A stretch of DNA of 64,000 nucleotides from Dudresnaya verticillata (lineage: Eukaryota): the NCBI GenBank assembly GCA_977862235.1, contig OZ374558.1, positions 2,480,001 through 2,544,000 of the forward strand, written 5' to 3'. Below the pieces are notes generated by a model that was not told where the DNA came from, ran no database searches, and saw only the letters and a list, made by a program, of their open reading frames with translations. Positions 47,040 through 59,248 of the stretch are shown here, piece after piece. Within the stretch, counting starts at the first letter, position 1; every line of letters starts with the position of its first letter. A program made the translations under genes and the position numbers.

Positions 47040-47790
47040 CTATTGATTTTATGCTTCTCCCTGTGATGAGAGGCGGTATTAGAACGCGTATGAAGAAAAA
47101 TATTCATTCTAAGCCGTCCAGTACGGTCGAATGAAAGCATCTTATGTTTTTTACTTATTGCTTACTGCAGTTGTGAGAGGTGGTAATAAAATGCCTATGA
47201 AGAAATTATGGCTTAATCCAGGGCTTCCGACAAGGTCTCCTGAAGGCCATTTCATTTTTAACTTATTGGTTACTACAGTGGTGACAAGAGAGGCAGTAAT
47301 GATATGCATCTGAAGAAGAAATGGTATCTTTTAGGACGTCCAGCACGGCCGAGTGAATTATGTTTCTTCTTTCTGCATTTGTGAGAGGCGGTAATAAAAT
47401 ACGTATGCGGAAATCATGGTTTATTCCAGAATGTCCAGCACGGGCGACTGAAGTCCATTTATTTTCAACATATTGTTCTAAAGGGGTCAGAGGCGGTACT
47501 GACATCCATCTGAAGAGGTCAACCATTTATTCTGGGACGCCCAGCATGGAGGGTTGAAGGCAATTTTTTGACATACTTCTTTCTACTGTGAAGAGGCGGA
47601 AATGAAATGCATATGAAGGAATCAAGGTTTACTCCAGGACGTACAGTACTGTCATCTGAAACCCATTTTTATTTTTATTTTATTGCTTTCCCCAGTGATA
47701 AGAGGCTGAATAGAAATATGAAGGAACCATTGGCTTATTCTGAGATGTTCACCACGGTTGACTGAGTTTTTATTTTTAATCTATTGCTTT
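47040..47790. repeat. Degenerate ~105-bp tandem repeat, about 7 copies
   Basis: AGAGG(C/T) anchors at 47069, 47176, 47289, 47384, 47489, 47592 and 47701, most followed by a TGAAG- and GTCCAG-like block. Confidence 0.8.
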
Positions 47791-50759
47791 CTCCACTTCC
47801 GTATATTGTCTAGAAGACAAGTTTATTCAATGTACAGCACCTCCTGCAGCGCATAGGTTGTTGGACCACAATGCATTCCGAGGACTGGGTTTCTGTGTCC
47901 TGTAGGACTGGTCTGGACCGTATAGCCCAGTACTGAACCCGAACGGACCAGGAGTCTTTCAATGAACGCTTGCCTTGCGATTACCAAACAGTAGCATCCT
48001 TACAGTGTATTGTGATGAACGGTCGTACACGCACAACCACAAAACTGGCTAACAAAGACACATTCCAAATCTAGTTGAGTAAACTTATTCCATGACTACA
48101 GCGTTCCCGAGTTGGACCACCCTAACAGTAACAACACTACGATCAAACATCACGCAATCGTGTTTTCAGATATTGTTATCGGTGGCGTCAAAGCGGAAGC
48201 GAGTGAGCTACTTCTCCTCTCATTTTACACCAACCCCCTTAGACACGGCCCCCAAACCGAAAGACAAGTTGCCGATAAGGAAGAAACTGGGTCGACAAAG
48301 TCTCAACACTGCTGCAACGCAGATCCATTTGAAGGTGTACCACTATGTGCCAACAGCACTTACATGGGCAATTGTTCCCCGAGGTATAATGGATCAATAG
48401 AAACACAGAGAAAGGCTCCCTGGGATATAATGGATCAAGAGAAACACAGAGAACTGTTTGAACGACTCGTACTGATACTGTCATATATAACTACCAACAG
48501 TATGAACTCTCACGTCAGTATCCTCCAGAAAGTTCCTCCAGTCAAGTTCCAGCAAGTTCCTCGAGCCAGATGGCCTACCGGTTAGCCTGGAACCGCATCA
48601 TAAGAGTCTTGAATCGAACTCAGCATGGTTTCGAAATACACATGCACTACTGGACGTTATGCCTCCTGCAAATCTTTATTGGCAACCCGCTGACGAGTCA
48701 TGAATCACGGATAGTAACACAGCGAGTGATTGTGTCTCTGGGTGTCAAAACCCCTCGGCAATGAGCGACGGAATTTGATTTTGCCACACTAAAATTTCGC
48801 GCATGATTCACTCGAAATTGACAGTGCCAAAGCGAGCGAAAGGTTGCCAAGTTCGACGTTTTTGATGCATCAGATTTTAGGATTTTGAGGCCTCAGCCAT
48901 CTCCTCTCACGCATGTTCCAGTCAGGCTGCTTTCATCCATCATTTCATCGATGTTCCGTAACTTTTTGACCACTGTTCTCGATATAATTCGATATGTCTT
49001 CACATCGGCAGGCGAGTGTAACCCATCAAGTCAGAACATGATCTCCAGGGCATCCATCAGATCAGAACACGTTTTGCAGAACATCCATCACGTCATAAAA
49101 TGTTTTGCAGAACATCCATCCATCACGTCAGAACATCTTTCAAACGTCACGTCAAATGTTTTCGCTGGAGATGCATTTGCAGAAGAATATCGCTTGACGC
49201 CAAAATAGTTTGCTCCTAGATGGCTCTACCACTCGAAAATGGGTATTTGGTAGCAATCTTGTACGACACATTCACCATTACCTTTCGTTTCGCCGCTGAG
49301 GACGCATTGCAGATAGCTGCGGGTCCGTGGTACACGTCTTAGATTTGCCTCATGTCAATGTAACCTCTGCGCTGTGCCATGAAAGCATTGAAAGAATGGA
49401 ACGCAGGCTGAAACGTTATGCGGCTGTCCGTTGTTCTTGTCTTTCAATTCCAGAGCTTTTAGAGTTGGCCTTATGACAACTTCAAGATTTTCTTGGGTTA
49501 CAATTAATCGCAGAACAGCTGATTTGAAACCAAAGTGCGAAATTTTCAGGCAACAAAATTCAGTAGGCTACGTCAATTAAGAGACTGATTATAAGCGTTT
49601 GAGCTAGGCGACCTCTAAACGGTTCAATCTTGAGACCTAGTGGATACTTTGGATGCTTCTAATTAACCTGGAAATTGAGCTGACAGAAATGTTGGAACTT
49701 CCTTCTATGTCGTTACTCCTCCATTGCAATGGTCATGAAGTAGTCCCAGGTTGCTTGAATCATCGTAGACTCCAGGTGTGCCTTGAGAAACGCTTTGACA
49801 CAGTATTACGAAAGCATTAGGGTTTGCAATAGCTATTGCTCTTCATCCTGACACTTTTGAGTCTCTCGGCTCCAATTGAGAAGTTTTATTCTGAGAATAT
49901 GTTTGAAGCAGATCATGCGAAGTAGTGTTGGAGAACACTATCGATAATCATGCTACATTTACCTACTTACATACGTCTATGGGAGCCGTTCTATCTCACA
50001 TTAACCACAGGTACATGCAGGGACTTCTGAGCTGCATTACAGGTCATGGATGTAGCCAAGAATAATGATGTTCGCAACAGCATTACTGCTCTGTGCAGGA
50101 ATGGGAAGGGGCTACCCATTTCTTTATACAATTGACCTTTGCCACAGCAGTCTTTCTTGGGTACTACAGCTGCGTTCTATCAACTAATGTCGGCTCCCTT
50201 TGATGCAGAGCAGAACGGACGGTGTGTGAGCTGATCCAAGAGTAATGTTTCTGAACAACGCTGCCGTAACAGGCTTTACATAAAGATAGCTAAGACGGTC
50301 CAAAAAGGTTTCGCGCAAACAGGTCAGGTACTTCGCTTGATAGCCAAAACGGGGCATTCATTTGGCACCGACTTCAAAATCGGCGTCATCGTTACTGAGA
50401 ATGTCCGACGCCATCCTCGGGGTACAATAACTGCTGCGGTTTTACCCCTTCATCAACGCTACTCTCCTATCGCCATCGTCTCTTGCCGAAGGAGTCCTGT
50501 GCAATTTCCGTACCTTACTTTTCACATTTGCCACTATTATCGAAAAAAGTCCCGATATCTTGCAGAAAGTTGAACGCAGCTCTACTACAGTAGCAGCCAG
50601 GCAGATTGGGTGACCACCCTGATCCCGTGGGGTCATTCTGCAAGGGCAAGGGGCTGCCTTGAGACATTTCAGGGCATGTATGATATATCATAAACTGCGC
50701 AGTGTTTTGGTAAGATATGGTGAATAATCAATATTTTTAGTGGTGAGGCCTGTACAGTT

Positions 50760-52080
50760 GTGTACAACATCCAAAGTGCTATGGACGAACTTGTGAGAAT
50801 GGGTCACCTAAGCTCAGCAATGCCTTCTCCGGCCGCCCGATATGTCTACTCGGTCTTCATACGTCGGATAATTGAATACAGACTAGCACTCGTCCCAATC
50901 ACACGAGACCTAACGCAAGCTCTTGACAAGGTCGATGCAAAATTCTTCCAAATGTGCATCTCCCAAGCATCACCAGTGGTTAGCGCACCTCGCTTACGCA
51001 AACTATGAGCCCTATACAGAATACAGTCCCCAAAATTGCGATAAAGATCCCTACAACACAAACTCGTTCACAGCCTACGCCGCTTGACCCCGCGGCAGAA
51101 CACTCTAGGCTCATGGCAGGCAAGTCGGACACTCACGGCGTTATCAACCTTCCAACATCCAGGCATCCAAGATAGTCTACGCCAAGGTATGCCACCCACA
51201 ACACTCGCATTAAGAGAATGGACAATGGCGTTATCAGGAAGAAGGATGGCACCGGTTTACAGCCATCACCGGTCACCGTTGGCTCTGAAACTCCCGGGCC
51301 ATCAATACAGGAAGCTAATGTGCCACACGCTGGCACATGGGGACTTTATCGATCCTACCCAGCTGTCCAGCCGCCCGCCTCGCGCTGCGACCTCACGCAC
51401 AGACGCTGTCACTTCTGTCACTCCAAGACCCCGACCCATCCGCCGCCGCCCGCGTCTGCGACGCCCCGCGAGCCATCCTTCGTATACGCCTCGAAGAATA
51501 CCCCTCACCACATGCCACTCAGTAGACGCCAAAACGGCCTTCGGGACAAACTCACTGCTCATATTCGTACGGTTGCGCTTCATCATGGTGTCCAACTCCG
51601 TCTGGAGGAGCCCTTTGTCGATCCCTCCGACCCCACCTGCGACCCGCTTCGCCTAGACATCTACGTGGACGATCGCAGCTTTGCCCCTAAAGCACAAGCG
51701 TTCGATGTCTCTGTCATGAGTCCCCATTCATTGCCGGGCATAACCGGACGCGTCGCTGCTCAGGCCATCCTTGCCCGCGAGAGGGCGAAACGCTAACTAT
51801 TACCGCGGTGTTTGTGATCAATATGGCATCGAGCTGCACCCGATGGTCATTGATATATATGGACGCATCGGTGCTGGCTTCGACATCGGCGCTCAAGTCT
51901 TCCCCAAATTTCTTGCCGAAAAGAAAGGCACTTGCCCGCTTGCTGAGAAACATGCTCTCTTGAATCGTCTTGTCTCGTTTGTTACGCAGTTTGTCGCCGC
52001 CGGCGTCAATCGTCGCCGCTGGACTCTTGTAGGTTTGCCTCCTATGTAGTGCTTAAGAGTATCCAGTAGGGATACTCTAG
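50760..52080 (+). mobile_element. Decayed, 5'-truncated non-LTR retrotransposon with restriction-like endonuclease (CRE/R2-type)
   Basis: CHFC..RRQNGLRD..EEP..RLDI..AFDVSVMSP..ARERAKR*YY..LHPMVIDIYGRIG. Upstream RT-thumb-like VFIRRIIEYRL. Left end approximate. Confidence 0.82.
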
Positions 52081-52988
52081 CTTTATGCTTTCGTAAAGTG
52101 ACGTTTACCATAAAGAGGTGGTGGCGATAGCTTGCGGCGATTGACACTCACCGCGACGTGACGGCATATTCATTGCGGCAGCAAAATTCAGGCAGCCAAT
52201 TAGAGTGGATGACAGCACGATTTAATGCGTCACAGTCACGCGAGAGGAGGTTAAGATGGAAATGGCTGCCAACTACCACCGCGAGTCGTAACGCCTTCGA
52301 TGCCAACATCGTCGCCATCTACGGGGAAAGGCGTTGCAGCCTCTTCATCTTCTGCACACGTCGTCTAAGATCTCTGTGCAAAACTGCTGCTGCCGCTGAC
52401 CGTGACAGACTCAACCACCACCGCCTTGTTCCCGCGATGCACACTCGCCCCAGCGCACGGTGCAACGCTGCACATGGGTACGCCTCACGCTGTACCGTTT
52501 CGTACCCGGGTGGCACATTGGTCCATTCCCCGGCTCTCCTTTCAAGAAGCTCACCCCGTTGCTTAAAGTGATTGCGAAGACCGAAGCTCCGCCTTCGCGC
52601 AGTAGACGTTTTCGTTTTCGTCACCGCCTTGTCAGATCGCTTCCTTTGAAGACATACCAACCTACTGCGAAACCATATACAAGCAGATAGGCCACGAGAC
52701 ACTGCTAGGCCCTCACTTTGTCCTCGTAGCGCGCGGCACACAGATACACCTTCCCAGCCGCACTGATATTGCCACCTTTCTCAACCGCGGCATGGTCGTC
52801 TCTCCGCAACGAACTGGCCGATTTCAGCTCGATCTTACCGGCCGAGCTGACATTTTCGTCGCCATATTCTCACTGCTGCTATTGTTCGCCATTCAGGGAA
52901 TCCTTTCTTCCCTGCTTCTCCGTTCCACTACTACCGGTTCAGTCTCCACGTTTGGGTTTTCGCTCGCTCACGCGCTGTACCTTTTTCG

Positions 52989-55900
52989 AGTCCCTCTACC
53001 ACCTTCGTCGATCTCATGTTCTCGTCCGAGTCGCGCCAGCGCCCACCACGGCCGTGATCTACACGGTAGCCTCGTGGCCTCTCTTCGCCGCGCGCAGCCT
53101 TCCCAATTTCCGGACCGCGTGATTCCCTGCCCGTGCTCTGGTGAAAACTTTCTTAACGTCTCCTCGCTGTCTACACCACTGGCTCAACCGCCTTCTCGCT
53201 GCGTGGCCCTCTACCTCCCGATCTACATCCTTACTTCCTCAATCCTTCGAGCTTTTCAGACGGCGACAAAAAGAGCACGTGCTCTTGAATCGTGCGATAA
53301 GCACTAGTAGTAGTACACTTTATTCAAAGAAGAAAGCTGGAGTCCCTTTGGGGGCTTAATTTCTGGCATAACGTGCTCTGCAGTCAGCGAGCCTGCGGAG
53401 ATTGACCGCGACCGCTACGTATTGAAGAACAACAGTGGTCAACAGAGCGTGTTCATCTCCTTTATGCAACGTAAACGCAAAGGCACTTTATCAACTAAGA
53501 TGCTATCGGTGATTCACTCACAACATACAACGACAGTGGGAAGAAATTCTATCGCTTCGTAAACTTTAAAGTCCAGAACGTATGGCGGGCATTCGGAACA
53601 GGAATGATAAGTAAAGGATTCCTGACGAGGACGCTGCGTCTCTCCGTTATCAACAATCTGCACCTGCGCCACGAAACACAATACACCGCCAGCTACTAGC
53701 CCGCATTGTTATTAATCGCTGCGGTCCCGGGGGCTCTTTTGTCGGCTGGTCCGTTATAGGGTTTGTATCTGTGTTTCCTATGGTGATGCTTCTTCAATAC
53801 AGAAGCCCTGGTGGTGACCAATGAACAGTATGGGCAACCAAACCTGCGATGCTTCTTGTGGATGCTTTCAAAATGGCGCTTCATATCACCCCTGGTTCCG
53901 AATGTAGCCCTGCACGGAATGTAGGCACACGGGAAACGCTTGGTGTGTTCGTCTCTCTGGATAGATTCGGGTATACGAAAAAGGTCCTCCGCGTTTTCCG
54001 TGGCGGTGAGATCACGGGAATCGTTTGATTTGGGACGAGAATGCAACTCATATTGGTCCAGGTCCGTCATGGGAGCCTTCGGATCTTCAGGGCTACTGAT
54101 CTGACTAGAACGAGAGTCAGATGTTCTCAAGTTCTTCTCTCGTATCTTCTCCATTGGAGTTTCGGATGGCGCAACGAAGGGGCATCTTGATGAACCGGGC
54201 TCGTGTGGGATGTTGAATAGCGGGTTTGGCTTCCAGGCCCTGTTGTCAAAGGAACCCTCGCTTCGGCATTTGACGAGTGTTGAAAGCTTGGCAATACTGT
54301 ACGGTTCCGGCTCCATAGTAGGAAGTTGTAGCATATGCGAGCCCAATGCACTCCGTTGCGTATGTGCAAGTCTCTGCAACGTCGAAATCGGGACAGTGTC
54401 GAAGTTGCCATGCACCCACCCCACCGGACACGTCTGACGGTGCAAAAAGGGCAGCAAATGGCTTTCACCATTGCCGCAGATATGTGGCTTCGGGCCTGTC
54501 GGTTGCATACGGCACAAGGTTGATCTCTTTCCGCCGATTGATGGAATCATCACTCCAGGTGACGGAGAATGTGGTGAAATCGGGTGTGATGCAGCAATAG
54601 TTCGCCGTTCCACTTGATTCGGAGTGAAGGGCGATACAATAGACGTGTGAGGTGCGGAAATTGGACGAAGTATCGGCATTCCCTGAAACAGGAGCGGTGC
54701 TGCCTGTTCCATGGGGTTGATATTACTCTGCCCAGATCCTAGCGGTGAGTAATTAAAGACAGAAGGCACAACAGTCTGGAGCGGAGCCGGGTGATATGAC
54801 CCAACAGAAACGAGAGCCGAGTAGGACGGTAGCCGAGCCACTGAAAGACCTTGTCGAATGGAGAGTGGCGTGGGATCCGGGGGTGCGCCGTACGCCCAGT
54901 CTATCTGAGAATTGAGTTGTGTCTGCGGGTGCATCGCGGGCCCTTATGCAGTCCTGAGAACAATCTGTGGGAGTCCCCGGGAGCAGTTGCACTTGAATGC
55001 GGAAGTATGTACGAAACGCTTAGCTGTGATGGCCTCTCAATTCCGTCGTAGACGAGGTTGAACGAAGCTTGCTCTGCGAAACAAATATGTACCGGTGATC
55101 CCAATAAGGCACCGCCTGGTTGTGATGCGGCAGCATCAGAGATCGCGCCACCGTCAAGAGCGGGTGTCGTCGGTGGGCCGAGTTTCCCCTCTTCCACGCG
55201 AATGGATAGTCTGGCCCGTACGCATGTGACAAGTGGAATCGGCCAGCCAATGACATTGCTTCGTGCTTTACGCCCAATATCATTCTGTAATTGGCATAAA
55301 GGACCGTTGTGGGCGGAGAGTGAGAGAGGTTACTCCGCCCGGAAGCGGAGGTGAATCTGCTTCGTGTTTACGACGCATTCTCTACGTCCTTCTGCCGCTC
55401 TCGTAAGGGTAACCGTATCGCATCCTCTCAGGCTGTACTTTGCGGGCGTTTGGCCGCCCGGTCCGCTATTTCCGACAGCCTCAGGTACCTACCGCACTGT
55501 CAGTACCGCGTGCTGGTGGCAGTGAGAATACTATTTTCTTTCAGTCCAGAAACGTTTGCTACATTCCGGCTGCTCCGCTGTCTACAGATGGCCGCTGATT
55601 TCGTGCCATGGCCTTCCGAAACAGCCCTTCTGTTCAACACCTTCTCGGCTATTCGGGAGAGGTAGAATAAGAAGGGGTCATTTCGCCTAGACGATGCGAA
55701 TGTGCCAGCCTACCTCGGGCTTCACATGCCCTAAGTGTTGGGCAGGCGCATGTTGTAAAGCGGTGGTTGTAGTTGTAGCACCGGGGAGCGAGATTCTGGG
55801 GAGCGCCTAAATGTGCAAAAACGAGCCCTTTTTGGGTGGCAACTTCCGACACGTGTAGTTTTCCCTTAGATCGCCTCCACTAGGGCACTCCTCGGCGGGG

Positions 55901-57110
55901 TGTGTTTCTGGTTATTTGATAAGTCAACTGCCTCGTTCTTTGGAGAGGAAGGTAATGTGGCCCGTCTTTTGAGTAACCTGTAGATAACCATCACAAAACG
56001 AGAATATGGGCTTAAAACAAGCAGAAAATCAAAACAAACTTGACGTATGTTGGGTCAACGTACTCCACACTCTCAAACTGTCGAAGCGACGCTCTAGTCA
56101 CCCGAACCCGCCCCAACTCGCGCGATCTGCCCCAGCTCGCACGATTGACCTACGTCAAGCGGGAGGCGGGATGAGCGCGTGGGCACCAGCAGCGCGGCGA
56201 CAACCGCGGCAGCCATGGAGTCACCGTCGTTGTGCGGGAAGCTTTTCGACAAGTGGCGTCTACGCTGCCTCGCAGACTCGAGCATGCATAAATCAGGATG
56301 CATTGAAAGCGATGCGCACGAGGTGGGCAGTATCAAGACAGAACAGGCAATACAGACAGTTCAGTTGAGATCAAGTGGAGCGCGGTGCAATGTTGAAGCA
56401 GCTGGCCATAATCCATAAAGTGCAGGCCACACAGACCGTATGTTGGAGCAACACAATCAAGTAACAGCACGTGAAGAGCAGTTGTGCCATTGTAGCGGTA
56501 GTGTCTGCGAGACACGGCAGAGCAGGAGTTCTTTCATAGCTGCTTTGCCAGGGCCGGCACATGCACAAACGGAGGGGAAGAATGGCGCTACTGCGGAAAA
56601 GTTCTCTGCGAGAGTGCGGAACCGGTGCAGTACGCAAAGGGACAGAACTCTGGGATCCATGGTGCTCAGATACATAGTGCGAAGCGCTGAGGATACATCG
56701 AAGACGCGGAAGGGATCGGTGTGGCAGTGCGCGCGAGCGATCGCGTACAAGAGGCAACGAGCTCGCCGGGACAACCCAACCCGACAATTCTGGAAAAGCC
56801 GGATGCAAGCCAGCTGTGAGTCCGGTGGTGCAAGGGGATTCTAAGTTCATACGGGATTTCTTCAGTTCTTGCACACAGTGGCACATCAACGCTTTGAGTA
56901 TCTGGTACCGGCGCCGTACCGTCGTGTTCCCGTCATTGTCCCGTCATGGTACCGCCATGGTACCTTCGTCTTCCCGTCGTCTTCCCGTCGTCGTCCCTTC
57001 GTCGTCCCGTCGTCGTCCCGTCGTCGTCCCTTCGTCTTCCCGTCCTCGTCCCGTCGTCGTCCCTTCGTCTTCCCGTCGTCGTCCCGTCGTCGTCCCGTCG
57101 TCATCCCGTC
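52989..57110. repeat. Block C of the C2H2 amplicon (partial, most diverged)
   Basis: Matches the unit from AGTCCCTCTACC and ends inside the 11-bp minisatellite. Private small indels at ~55790 and ~56775. Confidence 0.96.
53696..54934 (-). CDS. C2H2 zinc-finger protein, 412 aa (intact copy 3)
   Basis: Four substitutions versus 40989-42227 (H>L, S>R, G>D, CPCC>CPYC). Zinc ligands kept. Confidence 0.88.
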   Translation of the reverse strand: MHPQTQLNSQIDWAYGAPPDPTPLSIRQGLSVARLPSYSALVSVGSYHPAPLQTVVPSVFNYSPLGSGQSNINPMEQAAPLLFQGMPILRPISAPHTSIVSPFTPNQVERRTIAASHPISPHSPSPGVMIPSIGGKRSTLCRMQPTGPKPHICGNGESHLLPFLHRQTCPVGWVHGNFDTVPISTLQRLAHTQRSALGSHMLQLPTMEPEPYSIAKLSTLVKCRSEGSFDNRAWKPNPLFNIPHEPGSSRCPFVAPSETPMEKIREKNLRTSDSRSSQISSPEDPKAPMTDLDQYELHSRPKSNDSRDLTATENAEDLFRIPESIQRDEHTKRFPCAYIPCRATFGTRGDMKRHFESIHKKHRRFGCPYCSLVTTRASVLKKHHHRKHRYKPYNGPADKRAPGTAAINNNAG

Positions 57111-59248
57111 CGCGGTGATGGCCATGGCGGTGTTTTACAGAGTTAACGGCAACGAGCACTCTGAATACTTCTCTACTCTGACACCGGCACTCCTGAGAGT
57201 GCCTCAATGGCGTGGAAAAGGTTTCGAAAAGACGAAATGGCTTGCGTCCTGGCACCCAAACGGCCCGACGTCTAGGCCCGTCGATGTCTCCAAGTCCTTA
57301 TCAGTCTCTAAGTCCTCGTCGGTCCCCAAGTCCTCTTCAATATCCGAGTTCTGAGGACCGTATTCATACCGGAATTTGCCGGTACAATAGAGGCAGTCAA
57401 AGGCATGAAAGACGAGATTATCAACAGTCTGTGCCACGGATTGATAGTCTTTCACCACGCCTCAAACAGTATTTTCGGGTCAGACGGTGTCGTGATAGCT
57501 TCTTGCAGTACTGGTACGGCCGTGGCGAGAATATTCGTCGCAGTGTACTTCGTTGTTCTAACGGGCGCTGCCCGACTCGAGATGGCCGCGATTCTCATCA
57601 GGCAGAATCATGTGGACAGAGGGATACTGCAGCGACCCAACGAGACAAGTTTCATCACAGCTGTAGAGGTTGGGGCTCGAGGGTCGGCAGTCCATCATTT
57701 CAAGGTGTGCACAAGCGTCGGGCAGAATCAAGGAGACTGAGGAATGGTTTGTCCCGGTGCCGCGACGATGCCCGCCGATACAGTGGAAATAATGACTTGA
57801 ACGGGTGACGTACGTCTCCTGGTGGCCACAGATATCTTCAGGAAGATTCGTGGAGATTGGAGAAACGTCTTTCGCCACACCGCGACGAGATGCATCGCGA
57901 AGGAAGAAGCCGGGGCTCGCATGCAAGCAGCCTGATTAGTCAAGTGCGATATTTCCGTCCTTCAGAGCCTGAGAAACCGCGGGATACTTCTTCACCCCAC
58001 CGGGACGGTGACCGTCATCAATGTCGATATCATGGCTCTGATGAGCTCCCAACTCCTAAAGGCAACGGCTATAGTCGGCAAGAGTCGTGGAGACCGAAGG
58101 ATAATCCGCAAATACGCCCCGGCGACTCTTCTTATAGCGGTAGATGTCGAAGCTCGAGCGCAGGCAGCCCGAACATGTGAAAGCCCCTACCACATTCAAC
58201 CAAGCTCTGTCAAATGGAGGGATAGGTTTTCAGCGCAACACGACGCGGAAGGCCGCTATCGTGGATGTCATGTCTTGAACAGAGGTATTTCGATGTCTGA
58301 AGTCCGATACTATCGTAAGGAGTATCAAAGGCCGGGGAATAGTCCGTCACCACATCGCGAATATTTTCTTCAACGTTGTGGACGTCGATGCTCGGAAGGA
58401 AGTAGTCTGACGCCTGAGGGCTCCGGTAACCGTTGTTCAGAGTCATCGAGATCGCTTTTTTGTGGCTCCCCACAGCGCGAAGCGAAACGTCTCTCTAGTC
58501 GACGTTGGGGTTCGAGAGCACGCAGTCCCTCTCTTGAGGACAGTGACGATCGTTTCCCAGAGCAACAGAATTCCATATCGCATCTGTAGCCACGTGACGA
58601 TGAGGACAATCGTCAAGGTGCATTTAGAATTCCTACCGCATGTCATCCGATGTGCGAACGGCTGTATCATTCGCCTCCCCCCTCTCGTTATGGCCGTTAT
58701 GAGACTGGTTCCAGCATTGACCACGTACCCGATATTGATCATGGCAATGAAGCTGTAACACCAAGAGAGTAAGGGCTGCATTCGCAGCCACCACAAAGAC
58801 CCCCCTGTCAGCCCCGTAGCGAAAAGGAGGCGTACGATGAGCAGAATACTTTATCACTAAAGCAGAAGCATGAACTTCCCTTTGATCTCGAATAGAGGTT
58901 AACGTCCATGACTTCGACTGTCGGAATGGATGTCTCCAGTGCTCCTACAGGTGCTCAAACATACACTTCCCAATCACGCAGGCCCCAGGCTCCTAGCTTC
59001 TAATGGAGGTTGTAGCTCTCCTTCTCAAAACGTCATCAGCAATTTCAGAGGATAACCACATTGTGTAAGCACTGTAAACCCCCAAATTGCCTTCCACTTC
59101 GCAACACATGTTGATTCGAATTGACGCCCACACAATTGCGAGCATTCCCATACAAATCAAACCCGCCCACGCCACACCATCGCTGGGTGTCAACGACCGG
59201 TCTCCGACAAGTGCTCCTGCTTCTCTTAAGCGCTCGTGATCCGTAGAG

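Noticed and set aside
47040..47790. CRISPR-like array
   Set aside because: Similarity spans the whole monomer, there are no identical repeats with unique spacers, no cas genes, and the context is eukaryotic.
47900..50700. Genes in the AT-richer middle region
   Set aside because: Frames are full of stops and nothing was recognised. Only small local duplications (~40 bp at 48382-48450, ~31 bp at 49050-49140).
57111..58990. Protein-coding gene after block C
   Set aside because: Fragmentary ORFs on both strands with no motif. It may be a pseudogene, but I cannot support a call.
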